This document shows, piece by piece, positions 8,452 to 17,500 of a stretch of DNA of 64,000 nt. The notes below the pieces were generated by a model, which was not told the origin of the DNA, searched no databases, and was given only the letters and a program-made list of their open reading frames with translations. Source of the DNA: an uncultured virus (IMG/VR IMGVR_UViG_3300020056_000010) (Duplodnaviria > Heunggongvirae > Uroviricota > Caudoviricetes); IMG/VR virus record IMGVR_UViG_3300020056_000010; one strand, written 5' to 3'. The translations under genes were made by a program, and so were the position numbers. Within the stretch, counting starts at the first letter, position 1. Every line of letters starts with the position of its first letter.

Positions 8452-9158
8452 TTTGTAACAAAATGGCTAGGCTAGCTGAATTGGCTTACTTAGATGGTAA
8501 AGAAGCTAAGAGCAAAATGAAAGCTCTCGGTTACACCGGACACAAGTTCTTTGAGAACGATGGAGCTCAGTGTCACGCGGTATGGAATAAAGAAGAATAT
8601 GTTCTTGCATTTCGTGGTACAGAACCAACCGAGATCTCAGATGTTCTTGCAGATCTAAATGCTATTCCACGTGGAGCAATGACACATGGTTTAGTTCATT
8701 CAGGTTTTAGAGGTGAATGCGATAAAATATGGGATGAGATTGTAGCACATCACGGTAAAGGACACCAAGATAAAAAGCTTTGGATCACAGGGCACTCTCT
8801 TGGCGCTGCTATGGCTACTATTGCAACTTCAAGATTCGAAGAAACTCAGAAGGTTGAGCAACTTACAACGTTTGGCTCACCTAGAGTTGGTACTCGTAGT
8901 TTTGTGAAACATATTGAAACAAAACATATGCGGTTTGTTAACAATAACGATATCGTCACAAAGGTTCCACTTATGCTGATGGGTTACAAACACCACGGCG
9001 AATTAAAGTATATTAACTTTTATGGTAATGTCCGCAAAATGACTCCTTGGCAGATGCTCAAGGATCGTTGGCGCGGTTGGAAATCAGGTTTACTAGATGG
9101 TGCAAAAGATCATGGTATGGATAACTATGTTCGTTGCACTGATAAATTGGAGTACTAA
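8448..9158 (+). CDS. Lipase class 3 (alpha/beta hydrolase)
   Basis: AFRGT, VHSGF, GHSLG, TFGSPRVG and DIVTKVP motifs. Confidence 0.9.
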   Translation: MICNKMARLAELAYLDGKEAKSKMKALGYTGHKFFENDGAQCHAVWNKEEYVLAFRGTEPTEISDVLADLNAIPRGAMTHGLVHSGFRGECDKIWDEIVAHHGKGHQDKKLWITGHSLGAAMATIATSRFEETQKVEQLTTFGSPRVGTRSFVKHIETKHMRFVNNNDIVTKVPLMLMGYKHHGELKYINFYGNVRKMTPWQMLKDRWRGWKSGLLDGAKDHGMDNYVRCTDKLEY

Positions 9159-9161
9159 ACT

Positions 9162-9473
9162 ATGTGGGAAATGATAACAAGAATGTTCGGCGATACGCTA
9201 TGGATTTATACGGCTATCGCTGGCTCTTTGGTTGGTGCAGCATTTTTAGCATGGTTTCGTAATACACACGCAGCACTTTATTTGATGGGAAAATTTGATG
9301 GTTTCTTAGATTATTTGGTCGATAGATTCGGTTGGGATTGGCTGCAAGATGATCCCGAAGCATGGCGTAAACGTTATCCAAAGGTCACGAAAAAAATCGA
9401 CGATCTGGAGCTTCGTATAAAAAATCTAGAAGCTCAAGCTAAAACTAAAGTCATTAGACAAAAGGAGAAATAG
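9162..9473 (+). CDS. Membrane-anchored hypothetical protein
   Basis: N-terminal TM helix and C-terminal coiled coil. Confidence 0.65.
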   Translation: MWEMITRMFGDTLWIYTAIAGSLVGAAFLAWFRNTHAALYLMGKFDGFLDYLVDRFGWDWLQDDPEAWRKRYPKVTKKIDDLELRIKNLEAQAKTKVIRQKEK

Positions 9474-9474
9474 G

Positions 9475-9540
9475 ATGTCTTGTAACAATCCTAATTGCAA
9501 ATGTGGTCCTACGTGTGACTGTCAGGATTGCAATTGCTAA
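9475..9540 (+). CDS. 21-aa metallothionein-like peptide (not in ORF track)
   Basis: AGGAG RBS 7 nt upstream; MSCNNPNCKCGPTCDCQDCNC with 7 Cys. Confidence 0.7.
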   Translation: MSCNNPNCKCGPTCDCQDCNC

Positions 9541-9740
9541 ACGTCTACTTAGAATTTATCATAGATCAAACTTTACACAACATTTCAACATACGACAAAG
9601 CTTTAGGGACTAATCTTGCTAGAGATTATAAAAGATTTGTATGGTGGAATATGAGAGAACTTCAGAAACCTATGCTGAATTCTCTATTCAAAAACGGTAG
9701 AGTGTGGCGTCTATTAATGGACAAACACTTATCCCTATAG
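9528..9740 (+). CDS. Hypothetical protein
   Basis: TTG-start ORF filling the gap; RBS unclear. Confidence 0.4.
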   Translation: MQLLNVYLEFIIDQTLHNISTYDKALGTNLARDYKRFVWWNMRELQKPMLNSLFKNGRVWRLLMDKHLSL

Positions 9741-9755
9741 TAAAAGGAGACTAAT

Positions 9756-9908
9756 ATGAACTGGTTAATGTCAAGACTAAAAGAGCGTACTTCATGGGAT
9801 GGAGCAGCTCTTATCGGTGTTGGCCTAGTAGGCTTGCTTATGCCACTAGACCTCGTATCTTACGCGGCGATCGCGTGGGGTGTTATTACGCTACTAAAGT
9901 CTGAGTAG
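9756..9908 (+). CDS. Small two-TM holin-like protein (50 aa, not in ORF track)
   Basis: AAGGAG RBS; MNWLMSRLKERTSWDG followed by two hydrophobic segments. Confidence 0.7.
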   Translation: MNWLMSRLKERTSWDGAALIGVGLVGLLMPLDLVSYAAIAWGVITLLKSE

Positions 9909-10176
9909 CATAGTACTTTTTATATAGCTCGGCGATCTTATCAAGCTCAGGATGGTTGTGAATCCACTGACCGGTGGATGGATCAAATTCTTTCTTGAAA
10001 AAATCGTCGAGCTTTTTATTGCCGGTATCAAGTTGAGGATCTATAGCAAGACAAAGCTTATCGAACTCTCCATCAGAAATAACTGATTCGTTCTCTTTCT
10101 CATATGCATACGCGTATATACAGAGTTTAATACGATTACGTATTTCTTTCTCCGCTACAGATCCCCAGCTCATCAC
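9886..10176 (-). CDS. Stand-alone protein resembling the N-terminal (Ia) domain of NAD-dependent DNA ligase
   Basis: YAYAYE...SVISDGEFDKL resembles Y..YY...P.ISD.EYD.L. Confidence 0.6.
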   Translation of the reverse strand: MMSWGSVAEKEIRNRIKLCIYAYAYEKENESVISDGEFDKLCLAIDPQLDTGNKKLDDFFKKEFDPSTGQWIHNHPELDKIAELYKKYYATQTLVA

Positions 10177-10313
10177 CCTCGCCCTTGTCCTCTATATTTC
10201 TTCATACTTGCTTTTTTACTTTTATTCATAGAAGATAACTTAAGGTTTCGTTTACCAATCGAAGTCTTCTTATAACTTTTTTGCTTTACAGCAACACCTA
10301 CTGTTTTTGCCAT
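10173..10313 (-). CDS. Small basic phage protein with KKYRGQG tail (46 aa, not in ORF track)
   Basis: GAGGAG RBS; MAKTVG...KKTSIG...MNK...KKYRGQGRG. Confidence 0.7.
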   Translation of the reverse strand: MAKTVGVAVKQKSYKKTSIGKRNLKLSSMNKSKKASMKKYRGQGRG

Positions 10314-10316
10314 ACT

Positions 10317-11141
10317 TTACTCCTCAATTTTAAATAAATTACCAAATGTTTGGCCAGTATTTTTAGGACAACACCAATCGTAATCAAATAGCTGATCTAA
10401 CGTTGCGTGTTCTCCCTTTAAGTTCCACCAGTTACGAACATACTCAAAAGAAACTTGAGCAACTCTTGCTAGCTTAGCATCTGAGTGATCGTGAACTGTA
10501 GTTGGAAATCTTTCTACATTGTGATTAAACAATGGATGAATATGAGTAATACCCAAGCCATATATGATATTCTCGATGGTTGGTTTCATTCTCACGGTTT
10601 TCTCTTTATCAAGTCTTAGAAGCAAAGGCATCCTAAAACGAATATGATTATCATCTAGAAAATAATAATCTACAATTTTCTTAGCATAGCCACGCTTAAT
10701 AATATAACATTGTAAGCCATGATCCCATCCAACTCTATGCCGTGGAGCCATCACTGCCCACCCTTCGTGCATTACACAAAGCTGCAAAGCATCCCATAGA
10801 ACACCATGTTTTTTTACATAGTCTTCCCATACGAATGGCCATTGGTCTATTTGATTGAAAAGGCAGTCATCCTCAAAGATAGCAACCATATCTTCATCTG
10901 TTTCTTCATACCATTTTTTGATTGTAAGTAGATGAGATGATGTCGCACCAAAAGGTAAGATTTGGCACTCAGGTGTGCCAGTGATCTTGAGATTAGAATC
11001 TTCTAATCGAGGATAAGAACATATTCTATAGTTGGTTATTCCTAGCTTCTCAAATTCACCAATCATATATTCTCGGCGGTCTTTACTCTCTTCAAGATTG
11101 ACCACCCAACAGCTGGGAAACCCCTTCAATTTTGGATGCAT
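10317..11141 (-). CDS. Glycosyltransferase family 25
   Basis: VVNLEESKDRR, GATSSHL and IFEDD motifs. Confidence 0.8.
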   Translation of the reverse strand: MHPKLKGFPSCWVVNLEESKDRREYMIGEFEKLGITNYRICSYPRLEDSNLKITGTPECQILPFGATSSHLLTIKKWYEETDEDMVAIFEDDCLFNQIDQWPFVWEDYVKKHGVLWDALQLCVMHEGWAVMAPRHRVGWDHGLQCYIIKRGYAKKIVDYYFLDDNHIRFRMPLLLRLDKEKTVRMKPTIENIIYGLGITHIHPLFNHNVERFPTTVHDHSDAKLARVAQVSFEYVRNWWNLKGEHATLDQLFDYDWCCPKNTGQTFGNLFKIEE

Positions 11142-11419
11142 TATTTAATTCCGTTGTTATACTCACTAACTAGTTCTTGTACACTATCAATTGCCATATC
11201 TAATTGAATATCGGTAATTGGCGGCAATTCTTTCTTGTACATTGCAATGATGACTTCGTCTTCAATCTTATCGCGATTTACTTTACCATTTTTAATAGGC
11301 AAATGAAAACCATTTTGCATAATGTCAATCGCGAGTTCGCATGATATCATTACATCTTTGTCCATACTTTTTCTCCGTGTATATATCTGTAAATATATTA
11401 CATAATGAAGAAATGTCAA
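11141..11419 (-). CDS. Hypothetical protein (probable start MDKDV)
   Basis: ORF with a GGAG RBS before the internal Met. Confidence 0.55.
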   Translation of the reverse strand: MTFLHYVIYLQIYTRRKSMDKDVMISCELAIDIMQNGFHLPIKNGKVNRDKIEDEVIIAMYKKELPPITDIQLDMAIDSVQELVSEYNNGIK

Positions 11420-11422
11420 CCC

Positions 11423-11905
11423 TTAATCCCACAAATTTTCATAATATTTTCCAAATAATCTGAAGCCGTTGCTCATTCGTTCCTGATGCGCCTTCAAGCC
11501 GTCACGATCAATCCATTCAAAATCGCCAATGCCACTATCACTTGGAATATGTGGTCCATAATACTCATCTTCCCAATTGTCTTTTACCTTTTGTTCAAAG
11601 GCCCAGATCATTTCATCCATAATCCAATCCCAACGATCAAAAAACTTAGGATCAGCTGTACCGTCACCTTCGTATGCACGTTTCCATTTAGCAGTAGGAC
11701 GCAACTCTTTTGGTACATCACTTGGATCTGTATTAGGAGCGCCGTGCTTTGTTTCTTTCAACTGTTTTAGCATAGGCAAGATAATCGGTGCAAGAGTATA
11801 ATCCATGCTCCAAGTATCATAATCGTGTATTGCGACTTCTATCTTTTGCGGCCTATCATCTTTATAAGGCCCTATATAAACTTTCATTATATAAACAACT
11901 CCCAA
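11423..11905 (-). CDS. Conserved hypothetical phage protein
   Basis: YDTWSMD.TLA.II.PML..LK...HG and RWDWIMDEMIWAF motifs. Confidence 0.7.
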   Translation of the reverse strand: MGVVYIMKVYIGPYKDDRPQKIEVAIHDYDTWSMDYTLAPIILPMLKQLKETKHGAPNTDPSDVPKELRPTAKWKRAYEGDGTADPKFFDRWDWIMDEMIWAFEQKVKDNWEDEYYGPHIPSDSGIGDFEWIDRDGLKAHQERMSNGFRLFGKYYENLWD

Positions 11906-12396
11906 CTTGGATGTTTGATTGTAAATTCCATTTGTTTACGTTTACGAACTAATTCCCAGTAACCAGGTCTATATGGTTTATATTTAGGCTTCCAGTCCAT
12001 CCTGTTTCCTTTAATAGAATTACAAGGATTGCAGGCTGCTACTATATTGGTCCACTCTGTTTTACCACCACGGCTGAGTGGAACAACGTGATCCATAGTC
12101 AAATGCGATCTACTGAACTTATATCCGCAATACAAACATTTGTACTGATCACGTAAATAAAGGTTAGATTTTGAAAACCTAACCTCTGACTTGGATTTGA
12201 TATATTGTTTCATCATAATCACAGCGGGAACTTTGGTTTCCCAAGAGGGGCTCCGGACTAGCCAATCGTCATACCATTCTAACACATCACATTTATCGTG
12301 ATAAATGTACCGTATGGCTTCTTTCCAATTAATAACGCTGAGAGGGAGATAGTTGACGGGTTGAGCATTTGCATTAAGAATCAAAACGTCGGACAT
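11887..12396 (-). CDS. HNH endonuclease
   Basis: RD.Y.C.YCG, TMDHVVP.SRGG, N....C..CN. Confidence 0.9.
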   Translation of the reverse strand: MSDVLILNANAQPVNYLPLSVINWKEAIRYIYHDKCDVLEWYDDWLVRSPSWETKVPAVIMMKQYIKSKSEVRFSKSNLYLRDQYKCLYCGYKFSRSHLTMDHVVPLSRGGKTEWTNIVAACNPCNSIKGNRMDWKPKYKPYRPGYWELVRKRKQMEFTIKHPSWELFI

Positions 12397-12416
12397 CTAT
12401 CTCTCCTTTGCTGCTT

Positions 12417-13295
12417 TTAACTATTTATCTCCAATCTGTACTGATCTTCACACATTTGGTAGATATCTTTCGTGAGTACACAATATTCTGATAATTCATC
12501 AACTACTGAAGCAGTAGCATCACCTTCTCTACGATCTTCGAAAACTCGTTTCATTTCTTTGCCGGTAACTTTATCCATAGCATCTAAGACTTCAAGAACA
12601 CTGAATCCTGTATTACTACCAAGGCATTCATACGGAGTATTACGAGGACCTTCTTCTACAGCCTTTACTATAGCAGCACTAAGATCACAGACGTGTATAT
12701 AATCGCGAATGCAAGTACCGTCCCTAGTATCATAATCGTTACCAAAGATGCTAATGTGGGGATATTTTTCAGCAGCCACCATAGCAGCAACACGAATAAG
12801 ATGGGTTGGAGCACCCAATTGCCGATTAACGCCATCAGTACCAGAGACATTAAAAAAGCGAAAAATAGTATAACCATTGGCTTTCTCCTTAATAATATCT
12901 TCAGCAGCCACCTTACTGCGAGCATAAGGTGAAGCCATCTCCCATGCTGATGATGTACTTGCAAAGATAAAGTTTGGAGTTTTTACTTTGTCAAGCATAT
13001 TTGATGTGCCCATAGCATTTACACGGTAATACTCCGTGGGCTCTTTAAGTGACTGAGGTACTACACTGCGACCAGCCAAATGAACTACAGCATCATATGT
13101 ACCATGTACAGCAAAGGGATCTGTGACATCTACAGGCTCAAACATGTTTACATATTTAGATATATCATTATGCTCGCCGTGGATGTTTGTATCCCAGCCA
13201 TCAACATAGTGGCCATACTCTTTAAGTAGTTTACATACATGGCTGCCAATATAACCCGTGGCACCAGTTACTAATACTTTCATGCATACCTCCAA
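12417..13295 (-). CDS. galE: UDP-glucose 4-epimerase
   Basis: GATGYIG, YARSK (YxxxK), DGTCIRDYIHV. Confidence 0.85.
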   Translation of the reverse strand: MEVCMKVLVTGATGYIGSHVCKLLKEYGHYVDGWDTNIHGEHNDISKYVNMFEPVDVTDPFAVHGTYDAVVHLAGRSVVPQSLKEPTEYYRVNAMGTSNMLDKVKTPNFIFASTSSAWEMASPYARSKVAAEDIIKEKANGYTIFRFFNVSGTDGVNRQLGAPTHLIRVAAMVAAEKYPHISIFGNDYDTRDGTCIRDYIHVCDLSAAIVKAVEEGPRNTPYECLGSNTGFSVLEVLDAMDKVTGKEMKRVFEDRREGDATASVVDELSEYCVLTKDIYQMCEDQYRLEINS

Positions 13296-13356
13296 TTATT
13301 ACAAAATTATTAATATTCTATACTGTATTTAGCCAAATGTCAACTATAAATAAAAC

Positions 13357-13875
13357 ATGAAACATTTACTATTACTTCCACTGATTATATATCTAACAGC
13401 ATGCTCGAGTGATACCGACTATGCTCTTTCTCGCAAATTGCCAGAATCAAAACAAACTCTAGCTCACAAGGCGTATTTCTGGTATGGCTTGTCAGAAGAA
13501 AAAGATCGCCAAACAATCAAAGATATTACGGGAGTGGATCCAGTAACTACTGAGTGGTGTGCTGCTTTCGTGAATATGGTGTTGCTTGAGAATGAACTTC
13601 CAACATCAAGATCTGTAAGTGCTTTCCCACTTATGGCCAGATCATTTGTAACTTACGGTCAAGAAGTTACAACTCCCGAAAAGGGAGATATTTTAGTCTT
13701 TGAAAGAGGCGAAGCCGGATGGCAAGGCCACGTTGGTTTTTATGTCAGTCAAACCAAAGATATGTCGACCGGTCAAATTTGGTATAACGTAATTGGCGGA
13801 AATCAAAATGATAGTGTTTCCATACAAAAATACCCAGCCGATAAATTAATCACAATACGTAGAGTTTCACTTTAA
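13357..13875 (+). CDS. TIGR02594-family (NlpC/P60/CHAP-like) peptidase, lipoprotein
   Basis: LTAC lipobox, WCAAFV, GHVGF, GGNQ; late promoter at 13345-13352. Confidence 0.8.
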   Translation: MKHLLLLPLIIYLTACSSDTDYALSRKLPESKQTLAHKAYFWYGLSEEKDRQTIKDITGVDPVTTEWCAAFVNMVLLENELPTSRSVSAFPLMARSFVTYGQEVTTPEKGDILVFERGEAGWQGHVGFYVSQTKDMSTGQIWYNVIGGNQNDSVSIQKYPADKLITIRRVSL

Positions 13876-14088
13876 AGTTCTAGGATCAAATTCTAGTGGT
13901 ATACATACCGCTTGAGTGTTTGGCGGGTAATAACCAGATGGCATTTCAAAAAGAGCTGAAGCTAAACTTTCTCTTGCTTTAAAACAATCTACGTTCGTTG
14001 TAAAAAAGCCCATATTTTGTGCGTTAACGTGTAAGGCTTCTTTAGTTGGTAATAACATGACAAGTACTAGTACAAAGACTTGAGTCAT
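13867..14088 (-). CDS. Small exported hypothetical protein
   Basis: Hydrophobic N-terminus and a Cys pair. Confidence 0.55.
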   Translation of the reverse strand: MTQVFVLVLVMLLPTKEALHVNAQNMGFFTTNVDCFKARESLASALFEMPSGYYPPNTQAVCIPLEFDPRTLK

Positions 14089-14111
14089 AGTACTGCCTTT
14101 CAGTTGTTAAA

Positions 14112-14187
14112 TGGTGCCCCCACACGGACTCGAACCGCGGACCCACAGATTACAAATCTGTTGCTCTACCAGCTGAGCTATAAGGGC
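14112..14187 (-). tRNA. tRNA-Thr(UGU)
   Basis: 76-nt cloverleaf, ACAGA-TT-TGT-AA-TCTGT arm, GGTTCGAG T-arm, encoded CCA. Confidence 0.95.
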
Positions 14188-14192
14188 ATTAT

Positions 14193-14327
14193 CTATTTAT
14201 TAGACTGGCGATATTTATACAACTTTACATAGTATGCAAACGACCTAGGGTAGTTTCGAGGATTCGGTAAAGTGATTCCTCGACTACCCCAGTACTGTAA
14301 AAATAAAACTATTTGTTTGTCTGTCAT
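14193..14327 (-). CDS. Small hypothetical protein between the tRNAs (44 aa)
   Basis: Hand-translated MTDKQIVLFLQYWGSRGITLPNPRNYPRSFAYYVKLYKYRQSNK. Confidence 0.5.
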   Translation of the reverse strand: MTDKQIVLFLQYWGSRGITLPNPRNYPRSFAYYVKLYKYRQSNK

Positions 14328-14334
14328 AATAAAC

Positions 14335-14411
14335 TGGCCTGCGCTGAGGGATTCGAACCCCCGACCTAGTGCTTAGAAGGCACTTGCTCTATCCAGCTGA
14401 GCTAAGCGCAG
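14335..14411 (-). tRNA. tRNA-Arg(UCU)
   Basis: 77-nt cloverleaf, AGTGC-CT-TCT-AA-GCACT arm, encoded CCA. Confidence 0.95.
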
Positions 14412-14520
14412 ATTCTTTAAGCGTTATCAATAAAACGCTGGAAAATTTTCTCTGGTATCATACAAAGCTGTATATAAACAGCCCAGAAACCAATATTCCA
14501 AATGATGATTTCAGGCCAGT

Positions 14521-14979
14521 TCATTTACGAAACTCCAATTGATACCACTTGCCATCATGCTTGAATTTGATGATGCTGTGAGAATAAACTGATGTATTTT
14601 GATTTTCATACAGTGTTTTAGTCTCACATTTCTCTTGAAGGCGGTAGCCAACAATTTTGTCACTACCTTTTTGTGCTTTGTCAGCTCCAATAATACCACC
14701 AATTACTGCACCTGCTGCAGCACCTTGGTCATTACCAGAAGCGCCTTTACCAAGTAAGCCACCAATAATCATACCCATCAAGGCACCGCCTGCAGCATCA
14801 CCTTGTTCATTAGCGTATACGGGTACTTCTACCTCATAACACTCAGTATGTTGAAAAGGAACTCGTTTACTTACGTAACGATATTCGTCAGTGATAGTAG
14901 CTTGCACTTTGTCAGCATAGGCTGGTGCTGCCACTAATAGAGCTAGAGCACTAACTCCAATCTTTGATATCATAGACAT
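14521..14979 (-). CDS. Glycine-zipper 2TM exported protein
   Basis: Signal peptide and GALMGMIIGGLLG...GAVIGGIIG zipper. Confidence 0.8.
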   Translation of the reverse strand: MSMISKIGVSALALLVAAPAYADKVQATITDEYRYVSKRVPFQHTECYEVEVPVYANEQGDAAGGALMGMIIGGLLGKGASGNDQGAAAGAVIGGIIGADKAQKGSDKIVGYRLQEKCETKTLYENQNTSVYSHSIIKFKHDGKWYQLEFRK

Positions 14980-15239
14980 CTTTATAAACCTTTTCTGTGT
15001 CATTGTGGCCGTGGCGATATCCCACAACATATCCAATTACTCCACCAAGGATTGTACAAATTAAAGCCATTTCTGTTACAATACTCATGATGCTCACCAT
15101 TCCAGGGATTGTTGAATAAAGTTTGGTTGAATGCTACTACAACCATTGCAGTATTCAAATGGATCTGAGTATCCAAAAACAGCTAGCATGCCGTCGTATT
15201 CTTGTTCTATCATGTTTGATTCCTTCTTATTATTATATT

Positions 15240-15267
15240 AATATAGTACTTTCTTGGAGAATGTCAA
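15240..15267 (-). promoter_or_regulatory. sigma70-type early promoter
   Basis: GGGTTGACA-16-TATATT with AAAGTAC. Confidence 0.75.
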
Positions 15268-15644
15268 CCCTTTCTTTGAAATTTTTTCACAAATTCTAAA
15301 AGAATTTTCTCCGATCGTTCTCTGGCTTCTTGTTCCCACCAACAAGTGTCATAGTTGTAACCCTTGTCAAGAAGCTCTCCAAGATTATCATACATGAACT
15401 GCTTCACATGAACCATTTCGTGGGCTATACTAGTATATATCTGGCTTATGTTCTTGTTCTTCTTAGAAATCAAAATTAAATAGTTATCTTCATCAATATC
15501 AATACACAGACCAGACTTGTCGTTTACGATCTTATCTTCTGCAACAATCTCAATACTCTTTGGCCAAGCTGGCAAATTCTCGCAGCAAAAACGAGTAAAG
15601 TGAGTTGTGAGTTTTGGATCTAATCCTTTTACCTTAACTTTCAT
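15264..15644 (-). CDS. Zincin-like metallopeptidase domain protein (similar to 2229-2660)
   Basis: AHEMVHVKQ...WE.EA. Confidence 0.7.
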   Translation of the reverse strand: MKVKVKGLDPKLTTHFTRFCCENLPAWPKSIEIVAEDKIVNDKSGLCIDIDEDNYLILISKKNKNISQIYTSIAHEMVHVKQFMYDNLGELLDKGYNYDTCWWEQEARERSEKILLEFVKKFQRKG

Positions 15645-15885
15645 CTCTGTACAACGTAGTTCTGCTATTGATTGCTTGATGAATGATTTGCCACTTTACC
15701 CATGCTTCCATGCAGTGTTCTATTTCTTTATAGAAGATAGCATTGAGCAACCAAACTATATGCCATTTACCATTTCTTTTCCTTTCCCACTGAGCTGCAG
15801 AAAAAGATTGATTTAACCTGCCACCAATTATAACATTAAAAAGAATAGAAGTGGCAATAATTATTCTTTTAAAGTACATTTTCAT
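15634..15885 (-). CDS. Hypothetical phage protein
   Basis: ORF translationally coupled to gp52. Confidence 0.6.
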   Translation of the reverse strand: MKMYFKRIIIATSILFNVIIGGRLNQSFSAAQWERKRNGKWHIVWLLNAIFYKEIEHCMEAWVKWQIIHQAINSRTTLYRDES

Positions 15886-17226
15886 TTAATCTAATCCCTG
15901 TAGATCACTCTCATATTGTTTTGCGGGTGTTGTTTTATTCCAGAAATTTAATTCTGCTTGAGTTGATTTAATTTCCTTGGCTAGTTCCTTTACCATTTCA
16001 TCTGTCAAGCTCATGATATTGATACGTAGCAATCTATCAACGTCAGATTCAATAGCATGTGTATTTTGTAGTATCTGATCGCCAACATCTTTCTTCTTAC
16101 GGTTTTTAAACACGATGCGATCGTCAAGTACTGCTTGAATAAATTGCATCTTCACATTAAGCCAACGAAGATCTTCTTGAGCTTCTTCTCTACGCTTCTC
16201 AATTCGTTGTTGTAGTATACCAAGACGATAGTCGACAAAGTCTTTGATTAAAAGACGCTCGTCATCATACTCACGAAGCTTTCCATCTGGTCCAATCACC
16301 GTTAAGTTTTCAGACAACGGCTTACTCAACTTAAACTTAGAAATGATCTTAGCATCATTCCAGTTTGCTGAAGTGTTTTGCTTTAATTTGATTTCAAAAG
16401 AGAAACCAGTCTTATCACAAAGATCTTCATATGATACGATGTCACCATCATCTTCAAGCTTATCAAGTACCTTAACATATGATTCACGATCAAAACCATA
16501 TGGAACTTCAGTAATCATCATTACTGTTTTGGTTTTCTTATGGTATTTACCATAAACAATGTGGCGATCTTCAACCGGATCATAGTCGACTCGTCCTTTG
16601 AACTCAGGAAATGACACTGGAGCCTTGTTGGTTATATTACCATCCGACAAGTATTCACGAACGAGGCGAGAGAGGTCTTCTACTGATCGTGGAAGAATGT
16701 TTGTGGCAAAACCAGTGGCAATACCCTTAGTTCCATTAGCCAATACCAAAGGAAGTACTGGTAGATAGAATGCAGGTGGCTCGTGTTCAGGGTCATCGTG
16801 TGCGGGGGCCAGGTCAACATCGCGAATATACTTCTCAAAGTTTTCGCTTAGGCGCGTATAGACATAACGTGGTGCGCCTGCTTCTTGAACTAGTCGAGTA
16901 CCAAAGGAACCACGACCCTCGACTAGGCAGACATTGTTATTCCACGTTGCAGCCATCAGTTGCCCGGCCCCCGCGGCAGAAGCCTCTCCATGATTGTACC
17001 CATAGTCTGATATAATACCTGCAACGGCGGATACTTTCTTGAAGTCACGCTTTGAGTTGAGGATACTGCTATAAAGGTAGAACCTTTGGACAGGCTTTAA
17101 CCCGTCAATCATATTAGGAATCGCTCGTGATTCCACGGTGTACATTGCAAAGGATTTCCACTCATTGGCTGCAACCTTTGAGATCGGATATTCATTTGCT
17201 TCAACTGTAAATTCCATCAATGACAT
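15886..17226 (-). CDS. gp52: DNA topoisomerase II medium subunit
   Basis: DGLKPVQR, YNHGE, GAPRY catalytic Tyr. Confidence 0.95.
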   Translation of the reverse strand: MSLMEFTVEANEYPISKVAANEWKSFAMYTVESRAIPNMIDGLKPVQRFYLYSSILNSKRDFKKVSAVAGIISDYGYNHGEASAAGAGQLMAATWNNNVCLVEGRGSFGTRLVQEAGAPRYVYTRLSENFEKYIRDVDLAPAHDDPEHEPPAFYLPVLPLVLANGTKGIATGFATNILPRSVEDLSRLVREYLSDGNITNKAPVSFPEFKGRVDYDPVEDRHIVYGKYHKKTKTVMMITEVPYGFDRESYVKVLDKLEDDGDIVSYEDLCDKTGFSFEIKLKQNTSANWNDAKIISKFKLSKPLSENLTVIGPDGKLREYDDERLLIKDFVDYRLGILQQRIEKRREEAQEDLRWLNVKMQFIQAVLDDRIVFKNRKKKDVGDQILQNTHAIESDVDRLLRINIMSLTDEMVKELAKEIKSTQAELNFWNKTTPAKQYESDLQGLD

Positions 17227-17279
17227 GACGAACCCTTTTTCAATTTATAAGACTATTCTATCACAGTTTTTGGTATATG

Positions 17280-17489
17280 TCAACCAAAATATTTTTCAAG
17301 CATGTCTAAAACGTCTTGATATTTAGCCATTTCAAGGATTTCTGTTTCCATTGCTTCAAAAACATCTGGATGCTCGCCAATTCCTGCTGGATTATTAAGA
17401 TATACCTCAACATTCATTCTATGTTTTTGAATATGTCCGTGGGCATGAGCCTTCATTGCTTTAATCATTACTTCTTGTTCTAGTGCCAT
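17280..17489 (-). CDS. Conserved T4-like hypothetical protein
   Basis: NVEVYL.NPAGIGEHPD motif. Confidence 0.75.
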   Translation of the reverse strand: MALEQEVMIKAMKAHAHGHIQKHRMNVEVYLNNPAGIGEHPDVFEAMETEILEMAKYQDVLDMLEKYFG

Positions 17490-17500
17490 TATTTTTCTCC

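Noticed and set aside
11887..12396. HNH gene as an intron-borne or mobile element
   Set aside because: Flanking genes are intact and there is no intron structure or terminal repeats; it appears free-standing.
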